From: Setoptus koraiensis
Taxonomy: Eukaryota; Animalia; Arthropoda
Assembly (NCBI GenBank): GCA_048013815.1
Contig: CM106586.1
Span: 19,158,001-19,222,000, forward strand
Direction of reading: 5' to 3'
DNA length: 64,000 nt
Position numbers and translations under genes: made by a program. Below, in pieces: positions 11,680 through 22,309 of the stretch. Positions within the stretch are counted from its first letter, which is position 1. Each line of letters opens with the position of its first letter. The notes beneath the pieces were generated by a model. It had not been told where the DNA came from and made no database searches. It saw only the letters and a list, made by a program, of their open reading frames with translations.

Positions 11680-13332
11680 TCACTTGTTTTTAGCGATCAA
11701 CTTATTCTCTAAAGCTTCCAAATCGAAACCAGGGATCTCCTTGACAATATCCAGCACCTGATCTACGCTAAGATTAGCTAGTCTTCTTAGGAGTGCCTCT
11801 GATTGGCCATTGTAATTCTCATAGTTAAAATCTGTCCCGTTCAAGTTTTCCCTACTAATTGGTTGTGCTCTCAATTCTGGGCTACTGGCCATTGACGAAT
11901 TTTTGGTTCCATTTTGCTGCGAAACAGATGAACGACGATGATTTTCATGCCTCATAGTAGCTTGATTTCCGGAATTCCTTTCGTTGTTGTTGACATCGAG
12001 ATGAGGCACTGTTTTTGCTGTATTAGAAACTGGACACTGTGCTCTTTGTTGCGATTGATTGTTGTATAACATGGGAAATATTGGTTTCGGATTGGCTTGA
12101 TCAAGCGAATATGGTGTTTCTTTTCGTTTGTTTGGTTTATAGATCAATTGACAATTTCTGGGGTAGCTTAGTAGAAGTTCCACAATCGCTTTCGACTGGC
12201 CTCTTATAGCCATGTGCAATATATTGTCTCCGTATTGATCTGTGTATGAAACCTTTGGATTTTGATCAAGTAACAATTTAATTATATCGTACTTTCTATT
12301 CTTGACAGCTTTTATCAAGCACGTCTCTCCGTCGCTAGTGGCGAGCTCAAGATTTGGTTTGGCCTTTAGCAGACATTCGACCACCTCAGTGAAGCCCTTC
12401 TCTACTGCCCAATAGAGCGCACTCTTTTTATCGAAGCCTACGTGATCGATGTCAGCATTAGCCTTTATCAGAGCCTCAACAATAAGTACATGACCACCCT
12501 TGGTGGCATGTATCAGAGCAGTATGACCAAATCGGTCTGACAAGTTCACAAATGCGTTGGCCTTGATCAAGGCCAAAGCAATTTCAGTGTAGCCTTCTTT
12601 GGCCGATATCATCAATGGAGATAATCTTTGTGTATCGCATGTATTTACGTTCGGTTTGTGTTTCAGCAATAACTGTGTTGTCGTTGTATAGTTACCACGA
12701 ACTGCTATAACCAAGGCTGACCAACCAAACATACCTGTCGAGTCTATGTTGGCCCCGGCCTTTAACAAAATCTCGGCCACTTGAGTGTAGCCCTTGCGAC
12801 AGGCCCATATGAGCGGAGTGGTGCCATACTTGTCCGCTGCGTCCACCTTGGCACCGAATTGAATTAATAGTGACACTATTTTGGCGTATCCACGTCCCGA
12901 AGCCCAGATAAGACAACTTATGTGATCGCTGTCGGACAAATTTGAGAAGGCACCCGCTTCCAGGAGGCACGAGGCACATTCGTTGCTACCATAATAGCAG
13001 GCGTACATTAGTGGGCTCCATTCATAGGCGTCAGATGAGTTTACTTTAGCCCCATTGGCCAATAAAAATGTTAGACAGTCCAGATGATTTCTTTTGGCAG
13101 CCACCATCAGACTTGTTAATTGTTCGTCATTGGCGTAATTTACATTAACACCATTTTTAATGAGCGTTTTGACTATGTGAATATTGTTTAATTCTACTGC
13201 TTGCAACAGCATTTCGCCACCATCATCAATAGATAATTTGTTGTCCCTGGAAAATTTATCAATCGAACAACTGTCGTCATTGTCTAAAGTATCAACAGTC
13301 AAAGTATCGCTTATTACAGATTGATGGTTCAT
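11680..13332 (-). CDS. KIDINS220: Kidins220/ARMS-derived ankyrin-repeat protein, intronless, ~550 aa (ANK repeats plus SAM remnant only)
   Basis: About 11 ankyrin repeats matching the Kidins220 series (ISCLIWASGRG, DKYGTTPLIWACRKG, KSALYWAVEKG, YPRNCQLIYKPNKRKETPY). The final 33 aa resemble the start of the Kidins220 SAM domain. First ATG at 13332; the ORF track start is TTG. Confidence 0.85.
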   Translation of the reverse strand: MNHQSVISDTLTVDTLDNDDSCSIDKFSRDNKLSIDDGGEMLLQAVELNNIHIVKTLIKNGVNVNYANDEQLTSLMVAAKRNHLDCLTFLLANGAKVNSSDAYEWSPLMYACYYGSNECASCLLEAGAFSNLSDSDHISCLIWASGRGYAKIVSLLIQFGAKVDAADKYGTTPLIWACRKGYTQVAEILLKAGANIDSTGMFGWSALVIAVRGNYTTTTQLLLKHKPNVNTCDTQRLSPLMISAKEGYTEIALALIKANAFVNLSDRFGHTALIHATKGGHVLIVEALIKANADIDHVGFDKKSALYWAVEKGFTEVVECLLKAKPNLELATSDGETCLIKAVKNRKYDIIKLLLDQNPKVSYTDQYGDNILHMAIRGQSKAIVELLLSYPRNCQLIYKPNKRKETPYSLDQANPKPIFPMLYNNQSQQRAQCPVSNTAKTVPHLDVNNNERNSGNQATMRHENHRRSSVSQQNGTKNSSMASSPELRAQPISRENLNGTDFNYENYNGQSEALLRRLANLSVDQVLDIVKEIPGFDLEALENKLIAKNK

Positions 13333-15456
13333 GTTGGATCCCCACACACAATCACTAGCTATCTCTATCTGGGTTTGGCGATCTAATGATTGCAATATTT
13401 TTGTTCGGATATTACTATAATATTATTCTATAACGGTACAGTTAAATCACTATTCCAATTAGTTTGCACAATCAATTGATACTAATGCATCACTCTACTC
13501 GACAAAGTCGACGTAAATACAGTGCATGGCATACATCCGTTTAGCTCTGGCGAGTATAGGCACCCTGAGAGTTGAGATGGCTGCAGACGTAGCCTTTGCA
13601 CTCATATACACAGGTATATTGCATGATTTAATTTGCACCAATCGGGCCAACTATAATCAGGCAGGTTGTGCGTAGTTCTCTTACTGAAATATATAACAAC
13701 AACAATAATACTGCAATCATCACGCACCTATAACATGATGGCAACAATAGTTATGCATATATATCAGTAGTGTGCGAGTGGAAAATGGACTATGGAAGCC
13801 GAACAGCTAGCTAAGCAAACAGTAACCTTGTATGTAGTGAGACTCAGATAAACAATGATGATAAAAAAACTTTTCTATACACATGCCACTAGACATTGGC
13901 TTTACACATCTGATCCATGCTAGGTTGACTGGCTTAGCGAGATTGAATTAATCCTAATTAGTTGACAGATTTCGAATGGCAGTCACTAGCATGACTATAT
14001 ATTGTTCTATTAATTTAAGTGAGTTGCGTTATCTGTCGCACAGTATGATAATTGAGTGCTAATTACTGCATGTTGTTTGCACAATTGTGCCATCTCTCTG
14101 CCTAGCTTCAGCGGCAGGTGAAAAGACGGAATTGTTCAAGTAGGCTTAGTGAGCATTTAAACTAATTCCTACCAGCTTAACCGATCGCAAACATCAAGCA
14201 TTCACAGTGACAACAATGACACGACTAATTTTTCTGATCATGCCTTGTGCTTTATGATCCCGACACGAACAAGCTCCACCATTTCAGCTCCTTATTTATT
14301 GCGATATAAACTTTCGGGTCGGTCTTGCAAACAAGATCTTTTCCTCTGCGTCCAATATGAGTATCCTCACTAAGATCCCAGTCTCGACAAATCAGTGCGG
14401 AAACTCTGTAGTGGCGAGCACGCGATTGCGAGCCCCCGCACCATTTGACAATCTCTACTTTAGAATCATGATAAACATTTCTTGTATGTCATACGTCATA
14501 TACTCAAATAAATTCAGCATCAGATTATTAGGTCATTTGTCGGCAAGACTCCCAAGTAATGATGCAGAAGAATATACCGGGGACGCGAGATATCGCTCTC
14601 GAAGATATTGTGAGAACTGGGGGGGGGAAGAGAGGGAGAGATAGTCAATAAATGATGTACAATCATGTCGCCGGGGCAAAAAGATTCTGTGAGGTTGCTC
14701 GAAAGGTCAAAAATTTAATTCTTGTGATTGCCTAGATGCGATAAACGCTTGATTATGTGTTGTTTCGCCAATTATGTTTGAATCTACGTCTCATTAGCAG
14801 TATTTTGCACCTTGCGACTCTACTATACCATTGCAACAACTCTGGTTGGCCCGATGTAACATTCGAGAGAATGCATTACAAATGTAGAATCAACAACATC
14901 TTGTAGTAAAATGTAAACTTTTGTTAAATTAAATAGTTTGTTTTGTCCAACAAGTCGACCAAATGAACTCTTGAATTCTTCGCGCACCTTATTTAATCGA
15001 AAGAATGTGTTGCTCTTGTCATTACAATCGGAATCAATACTCCTCTCACTCACTCGTATGCCTATATGCCTAAAAACAACAATGAATGTTCTTCAAATAT
15101 TAGCGTGGATAAATCACTTCAAAAGGTTACTAAATGATCTTTTCATTTGTGTCTGGCGCATGGTTATCGTGATGTATTGTTTACCTACACTAGCTAGGTT
15201 TCGAATAATAAGCCAATTATTCTAATGATTTCTTTAATTGGCCAATAATTCTTAAATGCATGATGCCTCTGGAACCATACTGTTATCTCTCGATGGTTAA
15301 TCTTACAAGGGTGCTCTTAACAGTCTCAATTTTTTCTCGGATTCTATAAATATGTGTCTGATCTGGTGGCTGGATCTACATTACTTACATTGCAAGTGTG
15401 TGAAAAACATTATCATATATAAGAAGCAAGTGTTGGCCCCAAACTCGACTGCAAAA

Positions 15457-16682
15457 ATGGCCGGGTCAATCAAGAAAGGTATAGCCTATGAGTGGCCTAG
15501 CTATAGTCAAATCTATCAAGATCTCCATCAATTGTTTACAACAACCAACATCACTGAAACTATTATCAATGATTTTAATCGATCTAAAGCACTAACATCC
15601 TCGGAAATATCTTGGATGCTGACCACCTTCCTGACGCTTGCGACAGTCAGACAATTGATTCAGGCAACTGCAGTGAATGTATGTAATTAGTAAATAAATT
15701 TATTTTGCCTCCTCACTTATATTCTCTGTGTAGTTGTCAATAATCCCATTTAAATGTTCATATCCTTTATTACGTACTCAACAATGAAGAAAATAAAAGT
15801 TACTTTTGGTTTGAATCACAAGGACGCACATAGATGGTTCTACAACGGTTGGCAATGTCTATACTATTCAACCTCCAGCTCGATCAGTTTATACATCTAT
15901 CTTACCAATATTCATGATGGACCTGGGGACTATATGAAATTCTACGCGGAGAAAATATTGCCAAACTTGAATCAATTTAATCATGGTCCCTTTGAATACT
16001 TTTTAATCATGAGTTCTATCGGGTACTATGTCGATGCAAGTTATTGGTTAATTACAGATTCAAAAATGTTGTTTCGTCAACAAGATACTTTGATTCTCCT
16101 TGCTCATCATTCGATAACGATAGCATCTATATTGTTGATATTCAAGAATGGGTAAGTAGATCGACCTCACTCTAACAATCACTGCTGATGACGAGGACAT
16201 TATGTGTCACAATGACTCCCCAATTTGTATATATGTATATATATATCAACCATCACAACAGGACCGGCACCTTTTTGGCTTACATATTTATTCTGGTTGA
16301 TCCTTGTGACGTAATTTTGCATTGTTTAAAATTGTTGGATTTGATCATCAATAGAGATCAAAAACAGAGAGCAGCTCCAAAATGGCTAGATTCGACGCGA
16401 ACAGTATTGTTTCTTCTGCTTGTGACAGCTTGGCTCTATCTGAGAATCTATACACTACCAAAATGTTTTCACTCCTTAAGTCTGCGCTGCTGGATTGAGT
16501 CATCGAAGAATTATCCGTTTATGCTACTATTCAACATTGTTCATATCATTCTCACTATAATGAACCTCTATTGGACCTATTCATTGTTTGTGGTTTTGTT
16601 TCAATTTGTCCTTTTTTACAGAAGCGAAGACAAATCGCTAATCAACAAATCACTAAATATTCGTGATCCACTTGCAACGTAG
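15457..16682 (+). CDS. CERS1: TLC-domain ceramide synthase, CERS1/Lag1-like (no Hox-like domain); 3 exons, ~334 aa
   Basis: Exons 15457-15678, 15790-16151, 16262-16682 (1005 nt, in frame). Lag1 motif RQQDTLILLAHHSIT..G..FILVDPCDVILHCLK, plus LRIYTLP and IMNLYW segments. The first acceptor (15789) and the start codon are the least certain parts. Confidence 0.8.
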
Positions 16683-17824
16683 CAAGTGTTTGGATCATTG
16701 AATCCGATCAACATACATTCAGCGCTATGTTTTCCTTTGGAATATAACAAGTAAATAAATAGCAATTGATCGAGCAAGCAAACAAATTATTGTTACAATT
16801 AAAATGTACTTCTTTCATGGTAGATCATACATGTGATCACCAAGTAAAACACTTTTATGCGTGCATTGCGTGCCTATAGTCTATAAATGAAAGTAAAACT
16901 TAATCAATAGTTAATTAGCATCTGTGATGTTTCTTTATAGAAGGTCAAACCACCAGCTGGTTGGGTGGTAAGCTAGATAGACAGGCGAGAATTAAGCAAT
17001 TTGAAAGAGTTGCTAATTTTGTGTCCTTGCAGCACACTCAAGATCATACTTGATTGGTGGCGATCGATTCCGGGCGCCGCAAATGCTGATTTGCATAAGA
17101 CACACACAGATACACACTCACACGTAGACACATAATTCAGTTTTGGTATCTGATAGTGTAATGAATTTGTAAATCTTGAAATGAATGAATTTATTTGCTT
17201 ATCTACCTTTGTTTCTTGATTGTATAAATTTCGAGTTGCTCGAGGCATATTGTAACCCCTTTAATTGTTTGTTCAATCGTCAGGTTTAATCGTTTTATTG
17301 TGATAATGTGTAACGTTAGAGACAAAATGCAAAGTTTAGGTCGAGCTCAGGCATGACCCAATCACTTTATTAACAAACAAACACACACATACACATGTGA
17401 TTGTAATAGTAGTAGAGGTGGTAGTCTATATATCATTCTAACGACTCCAGCGGGCTGGCACACGCAAATCCAACATTGTCGACATTGTCAGTTGGCATTG
17501 TCGGACCGATTGAGGACTGACGATGGTATCTAGTTCACAATGATAGTAAGCTTTTTCATTATAAGCGCTGCAACTTGTTGCCTCTACTGGCAAAAAGTGA
17601 GCTCAGTGAGCGCTCTGTTGAAGCTACCTGTAAACCGGTCGCCTTAACAAGAAGCCAGCCTGGCTGAATCCGGCGCTGCCGCTCATCAGGCGGTCGGCAA
17701 CTGTCAGTATGTCCTAGAATAGACTAACATAACTAACGAATACTTAATTCTTAATTCGGATTCTCGCTTAGACACCATCCATCTATGTTTTTGTTTGTTG
17801 CAATGATGCAACGTGAGATGGCGA

Positions 17825-17827
17825 GTG

Positions 17828-17883
<56 letters not shown>
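17825..17883. repeat. (GT)n microsatellite
   Basis: About 29 GT units with one interruption. Confidence 0.95.
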
Positions 17884-17884
<1 letters not shown>

Positions 17885-18459
17885 TATGTGTGGGCCACAA
17901 GAAGCAGATAAGTTATCGCTGTTTCTCCATAGTTTACAGCTTTCGGCTCAAAGCTCACGGCTTGCGACGACGACGACGATAACGATGGTGGCGCAAGAAA
18001 AGAAGAAGAAGAAGCCATATGTTACAAGTGGAACAAGATCGCTATCAGCACCAGTGTGTATCGATTGCATGAAAGTTGCAAGTGGAGAATTTGAATTATT
18101 CATCATTTGATTTACTTTTGATGCCGTTTGAACTGTCGGACATTGGACGGTGGCCGGCAGTTGCGAGCGACAAGCGTCGCGACCACTGGTCATCGTCATG
18201 ACTGTGTCGCGTGAATAGCTGCGCCTGCGCCCGCGTCACTATTCACGATTCATGGATGGACGTAGCGCAGACAAACAGACCGATTGGAGTGAGTTGATGC
18301 GAATGGCCGCTGTTTGTTTGTCTGTTTGTGCGTTTGTCTTCAAGGCAGAAACAATCACTTGTTGTGTGTGCGCCGCTGCACAGTTTTCTCGTTTGTCGGC
18401 CTGTGCGGGTGTGTGTGTGTGTGTGTGTGAGAACAAACTCATGAGCACCAAGCGAACGA

Positions 18460-18555
18460 GGGGGGAGAGAGGCAGGCAAACAGCCAAAGAGAGAGAGAGG
18501 GAGAGAAAGCGAACGAGCCCAACGAGCCAAACGAGCGAGAGAGAGAGAGAGAAAA
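18460..18555. repeat. Purine-rich (GA)n tract upstream of MAGI; possible GAGA-type promoter element
   Basis: Runs of GAGAGAGAGAG seen directly. The regulatory role is inference. Confidence 0.6.
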
Positions 18556-19314
18556 GATTACAACCATAAACAAAAAGATGGATCGCTGAAAGCTGCGGTT
18601 CACTAATTGAATTGGTGCCAATATATTTATTATTATCATCACTTGCACCCACACCATCTTTTTATTGCCACTCTGGTGAGTGCGAGAAACACACAGAGAA
18701 AACAGAGAGAGTTACCTTTGTGTTATCATCGTTCACCACTGCTCGTCGCCGTCGTCGCCATCATCACCTCCATCGCCGACGCTAATTAATAATAAATAAT
18801 TAACCCAACAACCATTGTGAGATGTGTGTGTGATGCCAAGCAACAATTAATGCAGTGCCGACTAAATTGCATCGTCACTATTAATTAATTACTTGTGTGT
18901 GTGCTGGCGAATGTCACATATTCAATCAGTGGCCAGACAACAGCGAAATAATCGAACAATTCAGCCCGAGCGCTCGCAAGTCCAACGTTATATCACTCCC
19001 TTGCATGGCACGTATTATTATTTCGATCTGGAGCCCGTATTGCCATTGGGGAACCCAACCATAAACCAATATCCATGTTATTTTGGCACGAGGATATTTT
19101 ATCCGATTCGAATCCATTAGCAGGAGTCGCAAGAGTAAAATCACACGACAATATTCACAGTTTCAAGTTGCATCAGCACACAACACGAAAAACAAATTTA
19201 TCCATGCTCAAATTCACCTCTGCTCAAATTTCAACAATTTTATTATCAACATCCTTATTATTATTATTACTACTATTACACATCGCTATTAATATTTGAT
19301 AGACACTAACAGAG

Positions 19315-19350
19315 CACTACTATTATTATTATTATTGCCATTATTATTAT

Positions 19351-19382
<32 letters not shown>

Positions 19383-19400
19383 CTGCTGCTGCTGCTGTTG
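19315..19400. repeat. Compound (TTA)n/(TTG)n/(CTG)n microsatellite
   Basis: Seen directly. It produces the spurious poly-Leu extension of the MAGI ORF. Confidence 0.9.
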
Positions 19401-19433
19401 CAATTGTTGTTGATATTCGACAAGGCCAAAAAA

Positions 19434-22247
19434 ATGGATGGCGTCATCCAGCCAATTCAAAGCAACACACAAACATTACAACAGCAACCACTTGTGACAA
19501 ACCTAAGCAAATTGGACCAACGCAACAGGCCTAACATTGTGGCCGTTGACGCAGATTCTCTACCTCATGGGTGGGAGCGTGTAATCGACGAAAATCATGG
19601 CATCTACTACATTGATCATGTCAACCAACGCACCCAATATGAGAGGCCATACGAAATTGAGCTCACCAAAAGCTTGTGCGGTTTTGGATTTACACTAGTG
19701 GAAGCAGAGAAAGGAATACTCACTGTTAGGAGTATCATACATGGTGGCCCGGCTCACCTCAATGGAACAATACAACCGGGAGATGTACTTATTTCTGTTG
19801 TTGGTGTTTGCGTTTCGGGCAGACAACATACAGAAGTAGCTAGATTATTTGCCAAATTTGCCGTAGGCGATCGTGTCAAACTCACATTTGCGCGTGGAAA
19901 CACGAGATATACCGATCCGAGCTTCTTACCGCACGACTATCTTATAGCTGAAAGCATCAATTACAATAACACTAATCTGTTACCTACCAGTGCCTCCTTA
20001 CAAGACTATTCGTTGGCCAATGGATTCTCTCATCAGCCAGCAGTCATTGATAACAATAATTATGATTTTGTCAGTGTTACGCTGAAAAAAGGACAAACTG
20101 GGTTCGGTTTTACTATCAGCGACGCATCTTCAGGCCAGAAAGTCAAAATCATACTAGACAACAATAGATGTGTAAGTTTACGCCAAGGAGATATTCTGAT
20201 GAATCTAAATGGTGTAGATATATCTAATCTTGCACACAGAGAGGTTGTTGAGGCTCTGAAGCAATGCAAAATTGATGAAGAGGCAACTTTGGTTGTAAAG
20301 AGAAAAAGACGTTTTAGAAGTAAGACACCCATGGATACTCACTCCACAGGTGCCTTGGGTTTTTATCATGAGAAAGTGTTGCCCCAACGAAATTGCAAAA
20401 CTCCAAGTTTAGAAGTTATGATGATGCATCGCAACAATGACAATAATGAATGGGTTGGTGATTTAGATGCAAATCCAAGGATACAATGGACTAGTCTAGC
20501 TAACATAAATGGTTTCGATATGTATAAAGGATCAAATGGTCAAGGTCTCGCAAGAAACAACGTCTCATTGCCATCGCACATCACAACAAATGGCATACAA
20601 AATGGAGTGAGCCCAACAATGCCTATGTCCAAAACTTATAACCATCCGTTGCGCTTGAATACAGAACCATATAACCTAGCACCTCCGCCACAACAACTCA
20701 CCACAGCTGATTACAACCTAGAGGAATCAAACTCTGAAAATTTATATCAGAATAGTCTTGAACTTCAACGGCTTGCAATTGAATCATCAATGTCCACCGA
20801 CATCTATGAAAATGGATCGCACCTTATCAATCAAACAATACAACCGACAATATCACAAAATGGCATTGATTCCATATACCTGAGCGCCACTCATCACCCA
20901 GGGAGGGATAGCCAACCATGGAACACTTCACCATCCCATTTAATACATTTGCATCCAAATCAGCAACTATCACATTTACATTCGAATCAACAACTATCAC
21001 ATATGAATCCTTACATGACAACTACCGATGAAATTAAAGAAAATAACGGATCACTAATGCCAAAAGATGCCAATGTAGGCGCACTTCCTTCAAATTGTAT
21101 TTACCAAGACCCCCTTTATTCTAATACTGTTATGATGGGATACCATCCATCCCATTTGAATGATGATCTCCAAGTTTTACCGGAACCTATTGACCGCTCA
21201 ACTACAAGTGCGTCTGTAGCTACTATCACAAACCAAAGCTTGTATGGCATATTACCATCGATAGTGGACTCTAGATCGCAATACATACTTAACAATGACG
21301 ACAATAATAACGTTAATAATGATGAGCAATTGACTACTATACCTCCCAACTTTATGCCTTTAACGATCCAAAAAGATGAAATGATTGATCCTGGTACTGA
21401 TAACAATGCATCAAAATTAGACCCCTCAACAATAGAGTACGAATATCATAATGTTGTACTCGACAGAGGTGAGAATGGCTTCGGATTCAGAATAATGGGT
21501 GGCGCGGAAGCCGACAGGATAATCAGCATTGGGTCCATTGTGATCGGTGGAGTAGCGCACAAGAATGGAAAACTGAAGGCTGGCGATGAAATTATATCAA
21601 TCAACAATCATGACGTCATGGGTGCCACGCACGAGCACGTGGTTGGTTTGATGTCGGCATGCACCACTAACGTAAGCCTACTTGTACGTCGCAAAAAAAA
21701 CTCAGATGCCTATGATGTCGTTCTGAGCAGAAGCTTAGAGGAAGGCTTTGGTTTCGTGATTATTTCATGCGGGAATTGTGCCCTGATTGGTAAGATAATA
21801 TTAGGAAGTCCAGCAGATAGATGTCAAAGGTTACATGTTCGCGATAGAATAATAGCTGTTAATGGAAGAGATATCACAGCTATGACTCACCCAGAGATTG
21901 TGAATATGATAAAAGAATCAGGGGCAACATTGAGGCTGCGCATAATACCCTCGAATTGTTATTCCGTAGAACTGATTCGCAGTGTCAAAGGATTTGGCTT
22001 TTCAATCAGAGGCGGATTCAATGGAATGCCTTTGTACATCTTGCGCGTTGCCATTGATGGACCTGCTCAAGACTTGTTGAATGTAGGTGATGAGATAATA
22101 GAAATTAACAATATATCAACTATTGGTATGACACACCAGCAAGCTGTTAATATTATAAGTCATAGTGAACCATTGGTAAAATTGAAATTGCGACGAAACT
22201 ATGTTACCCCTACAGGTTTACTAGTTGATGCACCAAGCACAGAATAA
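19434..22247 (+). CDS. MAGI: MAGI-family scaffold (one WW plus five PDZ domains), single ORF ~937 aa
   Basis: WW domain LPHGWERVIDENHGIYYIDHVNQRTQYERP. Five PDZ domains with GFGF loops (SLCGFGFTLV, GQTGFGFTIS, GENGFGFRIMGG, LEEGFGFVII, SVKGFGFSIRGG). First ATG at 19434; upstream exons cannot be excluded. Confidence 0.9.
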   Translation: MDGVIQPIQSNTQTLQQQPLVTNLSKLDQRNRPNIVAVDADSLPHGWERVIDENHGIYYIDHVNQRTQYERPYEIELTKSLCGFGFTLVEAEKGILTVRSIIHGGPAHLNGTIQPGDVLISVVGVCVSGRQHTEVARLFAKFAVGDRVKLTFARGNTRYTDPSFLPHDYLIAESINYNNTNLLPTSASLQDYSLANGFSHQPAVIDNNNYDFVSVTLKKGQTGFGFTISDASSGQKVKIILDNNRCVSLRQGDILMNLNGVDISNLAHREVVEALKQCKIDEEATLVVKRKRRFRSKTPMDTHSTGALGFYHEKVLPQRNCKTPSLEVMMMHRNNDNNEWVGDLDANPRIQWTSLANINGFDMYKGSNGQGLARNNVSLPSHITTNGIQNGVSPTMPMSKTYNHPLRLNTEPYNLAPPPQQLTTADYNLEESNSENLYQNSLELQRLAIESSMSTDIYENGSHLINQTIQPTISQNGIDSIYLSATHHPGRDSQPWNTSPSHLIHLHPNQQLSHLHSNQQLSHMNPYMTTTDEIKENNGSLMPKDANVGALPSNCIYQDPLYSNTVMMGYHPSHLNDDLQVLPEPIDRSTTSASVATITNQSLYGILPSIVDSRSQYILNNDDNNNVNNDEQLTTIPPNFMPLTIQKDEMIDPGTDNNASKLDPSTIEYEYHNVVLDRGENGFGFRIMGGAEADRIISIGSIVIGGVAHKNGKLKAGDEIISINNHDVMGATHEHVVGLMSACTTNVSLLVRRKKNSDAYDVVLSRSLEEGFGFVIISCGNCALIGKIILGSPADRCQRLHVRDRIIAVNGRDITAMTHPEIVNMIKESGATLRLRIIPSNCYSVELIRSVKGFGFSIRGGFNGMPLYILRVAIDGPAQDLLNVGDEIIEINNISTIGMTHQQAVNIISHSEPLVKLKLRRNYVTPTGLLVDAPSTE

Positions 22248-22297
22248 ATAGAAATAAATGGAACTGAATTTACAAATAGATATCAAGGGTATTTATT
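22243..22297. terminator. Opposed polyadenylation signals in the 62-bp MAGI/RAD54 gap
   Basis: Plus-strand AATAAA at 22243-22248 (overlapping the MAGI stop) and 22253-22258; minus-strand AATAAA at 22292-22297. Confidence 0.6.
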
Positions 22298-22309
22298 TGA
22301 TTTTGTGAT

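Noticed and set aside
17948-18199. Small single-pass membrane ORF (also 1682-2011)
   Set aside because: The hydrophobic segments come from TTC/GTC/ATT microsatellites.
18893-19120. HGTYYYFD as a remnant of the missing MAGI WW1
   Set aside because: No signature Trp residues, wrong frame, and no splice sites linking it to the MAGI ORF.
19296-19433. Poly-Leu N-terminal extension of the MAGI ORF (signal or TM-like)
   Set aside because: TTG start and encoded entirely by a TTA/TTG/CTG microsatellite.
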